Position numbers and translations under genes: made by a program | In this document: piece after piece, positions 1 to 14,899 of the stretch | Numbering within the stretch: position 1 is the first letter of the stretch | Layout of the letters: each line of letters begins with the position of its first letter | From: Nemertoderma westbladi | Lineage: Eukaryota; Animalia; Xenacoelomorpha | DNA length: 64,000 bases | Assembly (NCBI GenBank): GCA_032718475.1 | Contig: JAUCBJ010006599.1 | Location: forward strand, 1 to 64,000 | Direction of reading: 5' to 3' | The notes under the pieces: generated by a model | The model's input: the letters and a program-made list of their open reading frames with translations, nothing else | What the model was told of the DNA's origin: nothing | Database searches by the model: none

Positions 1-3000
1 TACACAATTTTGCATCTACTTGGTTTTGATGTGGTGAATAATTTGGCTTTACCATGTTTGTTGATCCTAAAAACCCAGTAAATGTTTACTAGAAACCCAG
101 TAACTACACAATCTGACATCTACTTGGTTTTGATGTGGTGAATAATTTGGCTTTACCATGTTTGTTGATCCCAAAACCCAGTAAATGTTTACTATAAACC
201 CAGTAACTACACAATTTTGCATCTACTTGGTTTTGATGTGGTGAATAATTTGGCTATACCATGTTTGTTGATCCCAAAACCCAGTAAATGTTCACTAGAA
301 ACCCAGTAACTACACAATTTTGCATCTACTTGGTTTTGATGTGGTGAATAATTTGGCTATACCATGTTTGTTGATCCCAAAACCCAGTAAATGTTTACTA
401 GAAACCCAGTAACTACACAATTTTGCATCTACTTGGTTTTGATGTGGTGAATAATTTGGCTATACCATGTTTGTTGATCCCAAAACCCAGTAAATGTTTA
501 CTATAAACCCAGTAACTACACAATTTTGCATCTACTTGGTTTTGATATGGTGAATAATTTGGCTTTACCATGTTTGTTGATCCCAAAACCCAGTAAATGT
601 TCACTAGAAACCCAGTAACTACACAATTTTGCAACTACTTGGTTTTGATGTGGTGAATAATTTGGCTTTACCATGTTTGTTGATCCCAAAACCCAGTAAA
701 TGTTCACTATAAACCCAGTAACTACACAATTTTGCATCTACTTGGTTTTGATGTGGTGAATAATTTGGCTTTACCATGTTTGTTGATCCCAAAACCCAGT
801 AAATGTTCACTATAAACCCAGTAACTACACAATTTTGCATCTACTTGGTTTTGATGTGGTGAATAATTTGGCTTTACCATGTTTGTTGATCCCAAAACCC
901 AGTAAATGTTCACTATAAACCCAGTAACTACACAATTTTGCATCTACTTGGTTTTGATGTGGTGAATAATTTGGCTTTACCATGTTTGTTGATCCCAAAA
1001 CCCAGTAAATGTTCACTATAAACCCAGTAACTACACAATTTTGCATCTACTTGGTTTTGATGTGGTGAATAATTTGGCTATACCATGTTTGTTGATCCCA
1101 AAACCCAGTAAATGTTCACTAGAAACCCAGTAACTACACAATTTTGCATCTACTTGGTTTTGATGTGGTGAATAATTTGGCTATACCATGTTTGTTGATC
1201 CCAAAACCCAGTAAATGTTCACTAGAAACCCAGTAACTACACAATTTTGCATCTACTTGGTTTTGATGTGGTGAATAATTTGGCTATACCATGTTTGTTG
1301 ATCCCAAAACCCAGTAAATGTTTACTAGAAACCCAGTAACTACACAATCTGACATCTACTTGGTTTTGATGTGGTGAATAATTTGGCTATACCATGTTTG
1401 TTGATCCCAAAACCCAGTAAATGTTCACTAGAAACCCAGTAACTACACAATTTTGCATCTACTTGGTTTTGATGTGGTGAATAATTTGGCTTTACCATGT
1501 TTGTTGATCCCAAAACCCAGTAAATGTTCACTAGAAACCCAGTAACTACACAATTTTGCATCTACTTGGTTTTGATGTGGTGAATAATTTGGCTATACCA
1601 TGTTTGTTGATCCCAAAACCCAGTAAATGTTCACTATAAACCCAGTAACTACACAATTTTGCATCTACTTGGTTTTGATGTGGTGAATAATTTGGCTATA
1701 CCATGTTTGTTGATCCCAAAACCCAGTAAATGTTTACTAGAAACCCAGTAACTACACAATCTGACATCTACTTGGTTTTGATGTGGTGAATAATTTGGCT
1801 ATACCATGTTTGTTGATCCCAAAACCCAGTAAATGTTCACTAGAAACCCAGTAACTACACAATCTGACATCTACTTGGTTTTGATGTGGTGAATAATTTG
1901 GCTATACCATGTTTGTTGATCCCAAAACCCAGTAAATGTTCACTAGAAACCCAGTAACTACACAATTTTGCATCTACTTGGTTTTGATGTGGTGAATAAT
2001 TTGGCTATACCATGTTTGTTGATCCCAAAACCCAGTAAATGTTCACTATAAACCCAGTAACTACACAATTTTGCATCTACTTGGTTTTGATGTGGTGAAT
2101 AATTTGGCTTTACCATGTTTGTTGATCCCAAAACCCAGAAAATGTTTACTAGAAACCCAGTAACTACACAATTTTGCATCTACTTGGTTTTGATGTGGTG
2201 AATAATTTGGCTTTACCATGTTTGTTGATCCTAAAAACCCAGTAAATGTTTACTAGAAACCCAGTAACTACACAATCTGACATCTACTTGGTTTTGATGT
2301 GGTGAATAATTTGGCTTTACCATGTTTGTTGATCCCAAAACCCAGTAAATGTTTACTATAAACCCAGTAACTACACAATTTTGCATCTACTTGGTTTTGA
2401 TGTGGTGAATAATTTGGCTTTACCATGTTTGTTGATCCCAAAACCCAGTAAATGTTCACTAGAAACCCAGTAACTACACAATTTTGCATCTACTTGGTTT
2501 TGATGTGGTGAATAATTTGGCTTTACCATGTTTGTTGATCCTAAAAACCCAGTAAATGTTTACTAGAAACCCAGTAACTACACAATCTGACATCTACTTG
2601 GTTTTGATGTGGTGAATAATTTGGCTTTACCATGTTTGTTGATCCCAAAACCCAGTAAATGTTTACTATAAACCCAGTAACTACACAATTTTGCATCTAT
2701 TTGGTTTTGATGTGGTGAATAATTTGGCTATACCATGTTTGTTGATCCCAAAACCCAGTAAATGTTCACTAGAAACCCAGTAACTACACAATTTTGCATC
2801 TACTTGGTTTTGATGTGGTGAATAATTTGGCTATACCATGTTTGTTGATCCCAAAACCCAGTAAATGTTTACTAGAAACCCAGTAACTACACAATTTTGC
2901 ATCTACTTGGTTTTGATGTGGTGAATAATTTGGCTATACCATGTTTGTTGATCCCAAAACCCAGTAAATGTTTACTATAAACCCAGTAACTACACAATTT

Positions 3001-6000
3001 TGCATCTACTTGGTTTTGATATGGTGAATAATTTGGCTTTACCATGTTTGTTGATCCCAAAACCCAGTAAATGTTCACTAGAAACCCAGTAACTACACAA
3101 TTTTGCAACTACTTGGTTTTGATGTGGTGAATAATTTGGCTTTACCATGTTTGTTGATCCCAAAACCCAGTAAATGTTCACTATAAACCCAGTAACTACA
3201 CAATTTTGCATCTACTTGGTTTTGATGTGGTGAATAATTTGGCTTTACCATGTTTGTTGATCCCAAAACCCAGTAAATGTTCACTATAAACCCAGTAACT
3301 ACACAATTTTGCATCTACTTGGTTTTGATGTGGTGAATAATTTGGCTTTACCATGTTTGTTGATCCCAAAACCCAGTAAATGTTCACTATAAACCCAGTA
3401 ACTACACAATTTTGCATCTACTTGGTTTTGATGTGGTGAATAATTTGGCTTTACCATGTTTGTTGATCCCAAAACCCAGTAAATGTTCACTATAAACCCA
3501 GTAACTACACAATTTTGCATCTACTTGGTTTTGATGTGGTGAATAATTTGGCTATACCATGTTTGTTGATCCCAAAACCCAGTAAATGTTCACTAGAAAC
3601 CCAGTAACTACACAATTTTGCATCTACTTGGTTTTGATGTGGTGAATAATTTGGCTATACCATGTTTGTTGATCCCAAAACCCAGTAAATGTTCACTAGA
3701 AACCCAGTAACTACACAATTTTGCATCTACTTGGTTTTGATGTGGTGAATAATTTGGCTATACCATGTTTGTTGATCCCAAAACCCAGTAAATGTTCACT
3801 AGAAACCCAGTAACTACACAATTTTGCATCTACTTGGTTTTGATGTGGTGAATAATTTGGCTATACCATGTTTGTTGATCCCAAAACCCAGTAAATGTTC
3901 ACTAGAAACCCAGTAACTACACAATTTTGCATCTACTTGGTTTTGATGTGGTGAATAATTTGGCTATACCATGTTTGTTGATCCCAAAACCCAGTAAATG
4001 TTTACTAGAAACCCAGTAACTACACAATCTGACATCTACTTGGTTTTGATGTGGTGAATAATTTGGCTATACCATGTTTGTTGATCCCAAAACCCAGTAA
4101 ATGTTCACTAGAAACCCAGTAACTACACAATTTTGCATCTACTTGGTTTTGATGTGGTGAATAATTTGGCTTTACCATGTTTGTTGATCCCAAAACCCAG
4201 TAAATGTTCACTAGAAACCCAGTAACTACACAATTTTGCATCTACTTGGTTTTGATGTGGTGAATAATTTGGCTATACCATGTTTGTTGATCCCAAAACC
4301 CAGTAAATGTTCACTATAAACCCAGTAACTACACAATTTTGCATCTACTTGGTTTTGATGTGGTGAATAATTTGGCTATACCATGTTTGTTGATCCCAAA
4401 ACCCAGTAAATGTTTACTAGAAACCCAGTAACTACACAATCTGACATCTACTTGGTTTTGATGTGGTGAATAATTTGGCTATACCATGTTTGTTGATCCC
4501 AAAACCCAGTAAATGTTCACTAGAAACCCAGTAACTACACAATCTGACATCTACTTGGTTTTGATGTGGTGAATAATTTGGCTATACCATGTTTGTTGAT
4601 CCCAAAACCCAGTAAATGTTCACTATAAACCCAGTAACTACACAATTTTGCATCTACTTGGTTTTGATGTGGTGAATAATTTGGCTTTACCATGTTTGTT
4701 GATCCCAAAACCCAGTAAATGTTCACTATAAACCCAGTAACTACACAATTTTGCATCTACTTGGTTTTGATGTGGTGAATAATTTGGCTATACCATGTTT
4801 GTTGATCCCAAAACCCAGTAAATGTTCACTAGAAACCCAGTAACTACACAATTTTGCATCTACTTGGTTTTGATGTGGTGAATAATTTGGCTATACCATG
4901 TTTGTTGATCCCAAAACCCAGTAAATGTTCACTAGAAACCCAGTAACTACACAATTTTGCATCTACTTGGTTTTGATGTGGTGAATAATTTGGCTATACC
5001 ATGTTTGTTGATCCCAAAACCCAGTAAATGTTTACTAGAAACCCAGTAACTACACAATCTGACATCTACTTGGTTTTGATGTGGTGAATAATTTGGCTAT
5101 ACCATGTTTGTTGATCCCAAAACCCAGTAAATGTTCACTAGAAACCCAGTAACTACACAATTTTGCATCTACTTGGTTTTGATGTGGTGAATAATTTGGC
5201 TTTACCATGTTTGTTGATCCCAAAACCCAGTAAATGTTCACTAGAAACCCAGTAACTACACAATTTTGCATCTACTTGGTTTTGATGTGGTGAATAATTT
5301 GGCTATACCATGTTTGTTGATCCCAAAACCCAGTAAATGTTCACTATAAACCCAGTAACTACACAATTTTGCATCTACTTGGTTTTGATGTGGTGAATAA
5401 TTTGGCTATACCATGTTTGTTGATCCCAAAACCCAGTAAATGTTTACTAGAAACCCAGTAACTACACAATCTGACATCTACTTGGTTTTGATGTGGTGAA
5501 TAATTTGGCTATACCATGTTTGTTGATCCCAAAACCCAGTAAATGTTCACTAGAAACCCAGTAACTACACAATCTGACATCTACTTGGTTTTGATGTGGT
5601 GAATAATTTGGCTATACCATGTTTGTTGATCCCAAAACCCAGTAAATGTTCACTAGAAACCCAGTAACTACACAATTTTGCATCTACTTGGTTTTGATGT
5701 GGTGAATAATTTGGCTATACCATGTTTGTTGATCCCAAAACCCAGTAAATGTTCACTATAAACCCAGTAACTACACAATTTTGCATCTACTTGGTTTTGA
5801 TGTGGTGAATAATTTGGCTTTACCATGTTTGTTGATCCCAAAACCCAGAAAATGTTTACTAGAAACCCAGTAACTACACAATTTTGCATCTACTTGGTTT
5901 TGATGTGGTGAATAATTTGGCTTTACCATGTTTGTTGATCCTAAAAACCCAGTAAATGTTTACTAGAAACCCAGTAACTACACAATCTGACATCTACTTG

Positions 6001-9000
6001 GTTTTGATGTGGTGAATAATTTGGCTTTACCATGTTTGTTGATCCCAAAACCCAGTAAATGTTTACTATAAACCCAGTAACTACACAATTTTGCATCTAC
6101 TTGGTTTTGATGTGGTGAATAATTTGGCTTTACCATGTTTGTTGATCCCAAAACCCAGTAAATGTTCACTAGAAACCCAGTAACTACACAATTTTGCATC
6201 TACTTGGTTTTGATGTGGTGAATAATTTGGCTTTACCATGTTTGTTGATCCTAAAAACCCAGTAAATGTTTACTAGAAACCCAGTAACTACACAATCTGA
6301 CATCTACTTGGTTTTGATGTGGTGAATAATTTGGCTTTACCATGTTTGTTGATCCCAAAACCCAGTAAATGTTTACTATAAACCCAGTAACTACACAATT
6401 TTGCATCTACTTGGTTTTGATGTGGTGAATAATTTGGCTATACCATGTTTGTTGATCCCAAAACCCAGTAAATGTTCACTAGAAACCCAGTAACTACACA
6501 ATTTTGCATCTACTTGGTTTTGATGTGGTGAATAATTTGGCTATACCATGTTTGTTGATCCCAAAACCCAGTAAATGTTTACTAGAAACCCAGTAACTAC
6601 ACAATTTTGCATCTACTTGGTTTTGATGTGGTGAATAATTTGGCTATACCATGTTTGTTGATCCCAAAACCCAGTAAATGTTTACTATAAACCCAGTAAC
6701 TACACAATTTTGCATCTACTTGGTTTTGATATGGTGAATAATTTGGCTTTACCATGTTTGTTGATCCCAAAACCCAGTAAATGTTCACTAGAAACCCAGT
6801 AACTACACAATTTTGCAACTACTTGGTTTTGATGTGGTGAATAATTTGGCTTTACCATGTTTGTTGATCCCAAAACCCAGTAAATGTTCACTATAAACCC
6901 AGTAACTACACAATTTTGCATCTACTTGGTTTTGATGTGGTGAATAATTTGGCTTTACCATGTTTGTTGATCCCAAAACCCAGTAAATGTTCACTATAAA
7001 CCCAGTAACTACACAATTTTGCATCTACTTGGTTTTGATGTGGTGAATAATTTGGCTTTACCATGTTTGTTGATCCCAAAACCCAGTAAATGTTCACTAT
7101 AAACCCAGTAACTACACAATTTTGCATCTACTTGGTTTTGATGTGGTGAATAATTTGGCTTTACCATGTTTGTTGATCCCAAAACCCAGTAAATGTTCAC
7201 TATAAACCCAGTAACTACACAATTTTGCATCTACTTGGTTTTGATGTGGTGAATAATTTGGCTATACCATGTTTGTTGATCCCAAAACCCAGTAAATGTT
7301 CACTAGAAACCCAGTAACTACACAATTTTGCATCTACTTGGTTTTGATGTGGTGAATAATTTGGCTATACCATGTTTGTTGATCCCAAAACCCAGTAAAT
7401 GTTCACTAGAAACCCAGTAACTACACAATTTTGCATCTACTTGGTTTTGATGTGGTGAATAATTTGGCTATACCATGTTTGTTGATCCCAAAACCCAGTA
7501 AATGTTTACTAGAAACCCAGTAACTACACAATCTGACATCTACTTGGTTTTGATGTGGTGAATAATTTGGCTATACCATGTTTGTTGATCCCAAAACCCA
7601 GTAAATGTTCACTAGAAACCCAGTAACTACACAATTTTGCATCTACTTGGTTTTGATGTGGTGAATAATTTGGCTTTACCATGTTTGTTGATCCCAAAAC
7701 CCAGTAAATGTTCACTAGAAACCCAGTAACTACACAATTTTGCATCTACTTGGTTTTGATGTGGTGAATAATTTGGCTATACCATGTTTGTTGATCCCAA
7801 AACCCAGTAAATGTTCACTATAAACCCAGTAACTACACAATTTTGCATCTACTTGGTTTTGATGTGGTGAATAATTTGGCTATACCATGTTTGTTGATCC
7901 CAAAACCCAGTAAATGTTTACTAGAAACCCAGTAACTACACAATCTGACATCTACTTGGTTTTGATGTGGTGAATAATTTGGCTATACCATGTTTGTTGA
8001 TCCCAAAACCCAGTAAATGTTCACTAGAAACCCAGTAACTACACAATCTGACATCTACTTGGTTTTGATGTGGTGAATAATTTGGCTATACCATGTTTGT
8101 TGATCCCAAAACCCAGTAAATGTTCACTAGAAACCCAGTAACTACACAATTTTGCATCTACTTGGTTTTGATGTGGTGAATAATTTGGCTATACCATGTT
8201 TGTTGATCCCAAAACCCAGTAAATGTTCACTATAAACCCAGTAACTACACAATTTTGCATCTACTTGGTTTTGATGTGGTGAATAATTTGGCTTTACCAT
8301 GTTTGTTGATCCCAAAACCCAGTAAATGTTCACTATAAACCCAGTAACTACACAATTTTGCATCTACTTGGTTTTGATGTGGTGAATAATTTGGCTATAC
8401 CATGTTTGTTGATCCCAAAACCCAGTAAATGTTCACTAGAAACCCAGTAACTACACAATTTTGCATCTACTTGGTTTTGATGTGGTGAATAATTTGGCTA
8501 TACCATGTTTGTTGATCCCAAAACCCAGTAAATGTTCACTAGAAACCCAGTAACTACACAATTTTGCATCTACTTGGTTTTGATGTGGTGAATAATTTGG
8601 CTATACCATGTTTGTTGATCCCAAAACCCAGTAAATGTTCACTAGAAACCCAGTAACTACACAATTTTGCATCTACTTGGTTTTGATGTGGTGAATAATT
8701 TGGCTATACCATGTTTGTTGATCCCAAAACCCAGTAAATGTTCACTAGAAACCCAGTAACTACACAATCTGACATCTACTTGGTTTTGATGTGGTGAATA
8801 ATTTGGCTTTACCATGTTTGTTGATCCCAAAACCCAGTAAATGTTTACTATAAACCCAGTAACTACACAATTTTGCATCTACTTGGTTTTGATGTGGTGA
8901 ATAATTTGGCTTTACCATGTTTGTTGATCCCAAAACCCAGTAAATGTTCACTAGAAACCCAGTAACTACACAATTTTGCATCTACTTGGTTTTGATGTGG

Positions 9001-9612
9001 TGAATAATTTGGCTATACCATGTTTGTTGATCCCAAAACCCAGTAAATGTTTACTATAAACCCAGTAACTACACAATTTTGCATCTACTTGGTTTTGATA
9101 TGGTGAATAATTTGGCTTTACCATGTTTGTTGATCCCAAAACCCAGTAAATGTTCACTAGAAACCCAGTAACTACACAATTTTGCATCTACTTGGTTTTG
9201 ATGTGGTGAATAATTTGGCTATACCATGTTTGTTGATCCCAAAACCCAGTAAATGTTTACTAGAAACCCAGTAACTACACAATTTTGCATCTACTTGGTT
9301 TTGATGTGGTGAATAATTTGGCTTTACCATGTTTGTTGATCCCAAAACCCAGTAAATGTTTACTAGAAACCCAGTAACTACACAATTTTGCATCTACTTG
9401 GTTTTGATGTGGTGAATAATTTGGCTATACCATGTTTGTTGATCCCAAAACCCAGTAAATGTTTACTAGAATCCCAGTAACTACACAATCTGGCATCTAC
9501 TTGGTTTTCATGTGGTGAATAACCATGTTTGTTGATCCCAAAACCCAGTAAAAATTTACTAGAAACCCAGTAACTACACAATCTGGCATCAACTTGGTAT
9601 TGATGTGGTGGA
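1..9612. repeat. 103-bp tandem satellite array (~93 monomers, runs off the window start)
   Basis: Monomer tacacaattttgcatctacttggttttgatgtggtgaataatttggct(t/a)taccatgtttgttgatcccaaaacccagtaaatgtt(c/t)acta(g/t)aaacccagtaac repeats with period 103 (a few 104-bp variants). The last 2 units are degenerate. Confidence 0.98.
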
Positions 9613-10429
9613 TAATAATTAGGCTTTACCTGTCTGTTGAAGATACTGAGTTTTGAAATTATTTAAAAAAGTGACAGTAAAATAGTCCATCTTAAATTTG
9701 AAACCGAGTAAGTGGAAGTTGATGTACAGTATTTTGTAATGGTATTCCGTGAAATGTAATATAAATAACGTACAGTAGTTCCTGGCGTTGGAACAGTGAA
9801 ATCTTCATCGTGAGACTTTGAGACTTTCACAGATGAATTCTACACCCTCGAAAACCCCAAAGGTCAAATAAAAAAAATTTTGAAAAATTTAGTTACTGGG
9901 TTTTGACTTACTTTGGAGCTGCCGTGCGGGCGGGTAGGCCTATTACGAAATACAGTATAATTATAAATTTTGGAAAACGTGACTGAAAACAGATGTACTA
10001 CTGTTTATTATTTAGATTTATCCACAGCTGATACAGTAGGCCCTACTGTATATAATATTCTTACATTTCTACGGTTATTGATTGCCATTACTTAAAGTTT
10101 AAATTAACTACTTTTATTATAATTTGTAGAATAATTTATTATAATACCTAAAAGTTATTTGTCTAATAAGCCGGATTTTTAGAAATACTTTCTAAATTTT
10201 AGAATTTAGAAATGTGAATTGAAAATAAATAATTGTTTAAAATAAAGGAATAATAAGTGAAATACTTGGGGTAGCATGTACAGTAGCAATAACTTTAAAA
10301 TGATTAATAAATGATTACCAGTACATACTGTGGTTGGGTACACAGTTGGGCCTACTGTAGCATCTGACCTCTCTAAGGCACAGAATGAGTTCGAGAGGTT
10401 CTATTATTTAGGGCGGTAATATAACGAGT

Positions 10430-10632
10430 AGGAGTCCATGCTGGGCTCTAACTGTTGCGGACAGCAAATCTCTGGATGGTACATTCACAAGAATGCTACG
10501 TCGAGAAAAAGAGCCGCCTCGGCTTCTCGGGTTATTGCTGTCACCATGAGGACTAGCTGTACACAATTTTGATCTTTGGCAGCCTCATGGAGTGAATAAG
10601 CATGGTGGACAGCCCATGACTTTCTTGAGACG
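10430..10632 (+). mobile_element. RTE-clade LINE fragment (family B)
   Basis: Near-identical to 17828-18010 (ggagtccatgctgggctctaactgttgcggacagcaaatctctggatggtacattcacaagaatgctacg...). Confidence 0.75.
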
Positions 10633-10788
10633 CTCCCAATAGGACACTGACCCCCTTGGAAATAAGCTGCAAGGCTTTAGGGGTAATCCTATATGTTATG
10701 TTGGACAATACCTTTATACCGGTACATTGTTTGGTGTATTTGTTATTGTTTTTACATAATGTATAAATAAATCTATCTATCTATCTAT

Positions 10789-11758
10789 GACACAGAAGCA
10801 CAGGTACTCTCACCAGATGGTGAAACTGAGTTTTTCTCAATCCTGGCTGGCGTACTGCAAGGTGACACATTAGCACCATTACTATTTGTAATTGTGCTGG
10901 ATTACGCAATGAGGACGGCCACAAAGGGTGAAGATCTGGGATTCACACTTCAAGAACGCAGAAGTAGTAGATATCCGGCAACTACAGTCACAGACACAGA
11001 CTTTGCGGATGACATCGCCCTGCTCTCTAATACGCTAGCAGATGCACAGCTTCTACTAAATAAAGTGGAGAGGGCTGCTAAGGAGGTTGGATTGCATATA
11101 AATGCTACAAAGACCGAATTCATGACTTTTAATGTTGATGGAAACTTGACAACCATTGATAATAATCAACTAAGGAAGGTTGACGACTTCCAGTACCTTG
11201 GATCATGGATAGAGAGTAGCAAAAAGGACATAGAAGTTAGGAAAGCAAAGGCGGGGGTAGCTCTATCAAAAATGGATACCATCTGGAAATCAGATCTCTC
11301 CAGGCACCTGAAGACTAAGTTCTTTCGAGCCACTGTGGAAAGTGTATTTTTATACGGGGGTGAGACCTGAACACTGACTAAATCACTTGAACAACGAATT
11401 GATGGTTGCTACACAAGACTACTAAGGGCAGCCCTAAACATCAGCTGGAGACAACACATGACAAACGCCGAGCTTTATGGTACAATACCACCTGTATCAA
11501 CCACCCTCCGTGAACGCAGATTAAGATTCAGTGGGCACTGCTGGCGAAGTAAAGACGAGGTCATACCAGATCTACTTCTCTGGCAACCAACTCATGGAAA
11601 GCGTAGTCGTGGACGACCGGCCATAAAATATATAGATCAACTTGAAAGGGATACTGAACTTGGGAGAAACGAAATTGCGACAACTATGGAGAATCGGGAA
11701 GCCTGGAAGAATCTCATTTCCACTGTCCGAGTTCGCTCGACCTAGTAGTAGTAGTAGT
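10789..11758 (+). mobile_element. 5'-truncated RTE-clade LINE (family A), RT C-terminal half with (TAG)n tail
   Basis: Translates as GVLQGDTLAPLLF, DTDFADDIALL, FQYLGSWI, FRATVESVFLYG, RLRFSGHCWR. One in-frame stop at 11368. Ends in tagtagtagtagtag. Confidence 0.93.
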
Positions 11759-13049
11759 TCTTCTCTTCTTCCGATTACTTGCGGCGACCCCCATGGGTCT
11801 GTCTTATCATCTCTTATTTTCCTACTCATTATCAATGACCTCCCTGACGCCACTAATTTATTAGCCACTCTCTTCGCGGAAGATACAACGTTACTTTCCT
11901 TCCATTCTAATCTAAACACTTTAATCGACTATACTAACACTGGAACTTAATAAACTACAAAGTTGGCTATTAAATAATAAATTACTCATTAATAAAAAAA
12001 ACCGAATTCACTATATTTTCAAAATCAAATATTAATTTATCTAATTATCCCAAAATGACTATAGATAATACTGAAATCTCAAGTTGTAACGATTACAAAT
12101 TATTAGGTGTATGGATTGATAACAAACTAAATTGGAAACCCCATATTTCATATGTTATTAAAAAAATTTCCCGATCCACAGGATTATTTTATAATCTACG
12201 CCACATTTTCCACTCCATATATTACGCACACTTTATTTTTCCCTTATTCATCCATATGTGAATAAATGTCTTATCCTTTGGGGCAACGCCCCCTCCACTG
12301 TTATAAAACCAATTCGCATAAAAATTAATAAACTTATCCGCTGCATCACATTCACCTACTATCGTAACTCTGCTACACCAATTTATGAACAGTTAAAAAT
12401 ATTACCCCTCAATTTATTATATGAATATCAAGTAGCCTCATTTATGTACGACATCCATTCAAACCGTATAAATCCCACATCCGAACTTTCCAAACTATTT
12501 AAAAAACGCAACACAGTCCACTCACATTTCACCAGATCTGCTGCCAGATCGGATTTCACTCTCCCACTATTCCATCTCAGTTCATCTCAGCGGTCCGTGA
12601 GCTTTCGAGGTCCTCGTGTCTGGAACTCTCTACCTGATGAACTCCGGTGCAAGAAATCGAAATTGCTGTTCCAAGCCCGTCTTAAAAATCATTTATTTAA
12701 TATCATATGATTTCCACTTACGAATAATTATATTTACCAGTTAATGTTAAATTCCTTTCAATAAGTTAACTATATTAATTAGTACTTCATTAATGTCCTA
12801 ATTACTTTTATATTACATATATTGTGCATAATCTATCCCTATCCCTCCATTCGAGTAGCAATGTCACCCCCCCCCCCCCCCCCGTCCCCAAGTATCCATG
12901 GCCCACTGTAGTACATCGGGCAGCATTAGCATTGCTATTTGCTCGTGTACTGCGGTTCTCGCTCACATTATTTGTTTGCTGTTGTTCATTTGTGTATAAT
13001 TAATTCATTATTGGTCTAGGGGAAATAAATAAATTCAATTCAATTCAAT
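11759..13049 (+). mobile_element. 5'-truncated CR1-group (L2/Crack-like) LINE, decayed
   Basis: CGDPHGSVLSSLIFLLIINDLP...LFAEDT is a decayed CGVPQGSxLGPLLF/FADDT. Also LLGVWIDNKLNWKPHI and FRGPRVWNSLP. The 3' UTR ends aataaataaa(ttcaa)n. Confidence 0.88.
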
Positions 13050-14500
13050 TGGCTACCACATTGGTAGACCACTTGGTTACCGCAGTGCTACACCATTTGG
13101 TTACTGGATTGCTACACCACTTGGTTACCACAGTGCTACACCACGTGGTTACCGCTGTGGTACACCACTTAGTTACCACAGTGGTACACCACATGGTTAC
13201 CTACACCACTTGGTTACCGCAGTGGTACACCACATGGTTACCACAGTGGTACACCACTTGGTTACCACAGTGCTACACCACTTGGTTACCGCAGTGGTAC
13301 ACCACATGGTTACCACAGTGGTACACCACATGGTTACCACAGTGGTACACCACATGGTTACCACTGTGGTACACCACTTGGTTACCACAGTGCTACACCA
13401 CTTGGTTACCGCAGTGGTACACCACATGGTTACCACAGTGGTACACCACTTGGTTACCACAGTCCTACACCACTTGGTTACCGCAGTGGTAGACCACTTG
13501 GTTACCGCAGTGCTACACCATTTGGTTACTGCATTGCTACACCACTTGGTTACCACAGTGCTACACCACGTGGTTACCGCTGTGGTACACCACTTAGTTA
13601 CCACAGTGGTACACCACATGGTTACCTACACCACTTGGTTACCGCAGTGGTACACCACATGGTTACCACAGTGGTACACCACTTGGTTACCACAGTGCTA
13701 CACCACTTGGTTACCGCAGTGGTACACCACATGGTTACCACAGTGGTACACCACATGGTTACCACAGTGGTACACCACATGGTTACCACTGTGGTACACC
13801 ACTTGGTTACCACAGTGCTACACCACTTGGTTACCGCAGTGGTACACCACATGGTTACCACAGTGGTACACCACTTGGTTACCACAGTCCTACACCACTT
13901 GGTTACCGCAGTGGTACACCACATGGTTACCACAGTGCTACACCACGTGGTTACCGCTGTGGTACACCATTTAGTTACCGCAGTGGTACACCACATGGTT
14001 ACCTACACCACTTGGTTACCGCAGTGGTACACCACATGGTTACCACATTGGTAGACCACTTGGTTACCACAGTGGTACACCACATGGTTACCTACACCAC
14101 TTGGTTACCACAATGCTACACCACTTGGTTACCACAGTGCTACACCACTTGGTTACCGCAGTGGTACACCACATGGTTACCACAGTGCTACACCACTTGG
14201 TTACCGCAGTGGTACACCACATGGTTACCACATTGGTAGACCACTTGGTTACCGCAGAGCTACACCATTTGGTTACTGCATCGCTACACCACTTGGTTAC
14301 CACAGTGCTACACCACGTGGTTACCGCTGTGGTACACCACTTAGTTACCACAGTGGTACACCACATGGTTACCTACACCACTTGGTTACCACAGTGCTAC
14401 ACCACTTGGTTACCGCAGTGGTACACACACCACTTGGTCACCACATTGGTACACCGCTTGGGTACCATATTGGTACACCGCTTCCGCTTGGTTACCGCAG
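13049..14500. repeat. 24-bp minisatellite (ggttaccacagtggtacaccactt) with 425-bp higher-order unit
   Basis: 8-codon periodicity in all frames. 17-bp deleted units (ggttacctacaccactt) recur at ~13196 and ~13621, 425 bp apart. Confidence 0.95.
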
Positions 14501-14755
14501 CAGTGAAACATAATGTGAAGCTTATTGCGTTAGAAAAAGGAATGGTGCTATTAACGCCGTTTATTCATCATCATTTATTGTTTGATTAAAATGACATGGC
14601 ACTGTAATCTGCTGCTTTCCTTTGCTTACGGCGAATATACGGCCTAAAGGCGAAGAATAGCACCCAAAAATGGTGGGACGTCACAGTCAACGGTAGTGAA
14701 GTGCAGTTACGTGAAGGTCGTTCACACTTAATGGTTTATCAATAAACCAGCGGTT

Positions 14756-14899
14756 CTGCGAGCTGCACCAATCCTGTAAACATGGCTATATACCTCACGC
14801 CTAATACTAACAGAGAGACGCCTAGCGGTATACTGCGAGCTGCACCAATCCTGTAAACATGGATATATACCTCACGCCTACTACTAACAGAGAGACGCA
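14756..14899. repeat. 78-bp-period direct duplication
   Basis: ctgcgagctgcaccaatcctgtaaacatgg...cagagagacgc occurs at 14756 and 14834. Confidence 0.85.

Noticed and set aside
413-9581. Thirty ~73-aa ORFs on the minus strand, or a CRISPR-like array
   Set aside because: They are by-products of the 103-bp satellite. There are no unique spacers and no cas genes.
13049-14589. His/Val-rich and Trp/Cys-rich repeat proteins
   Set aside because: Translations of a 24-bp minisatellite, open in several frames and broken by 7-bp deletions.
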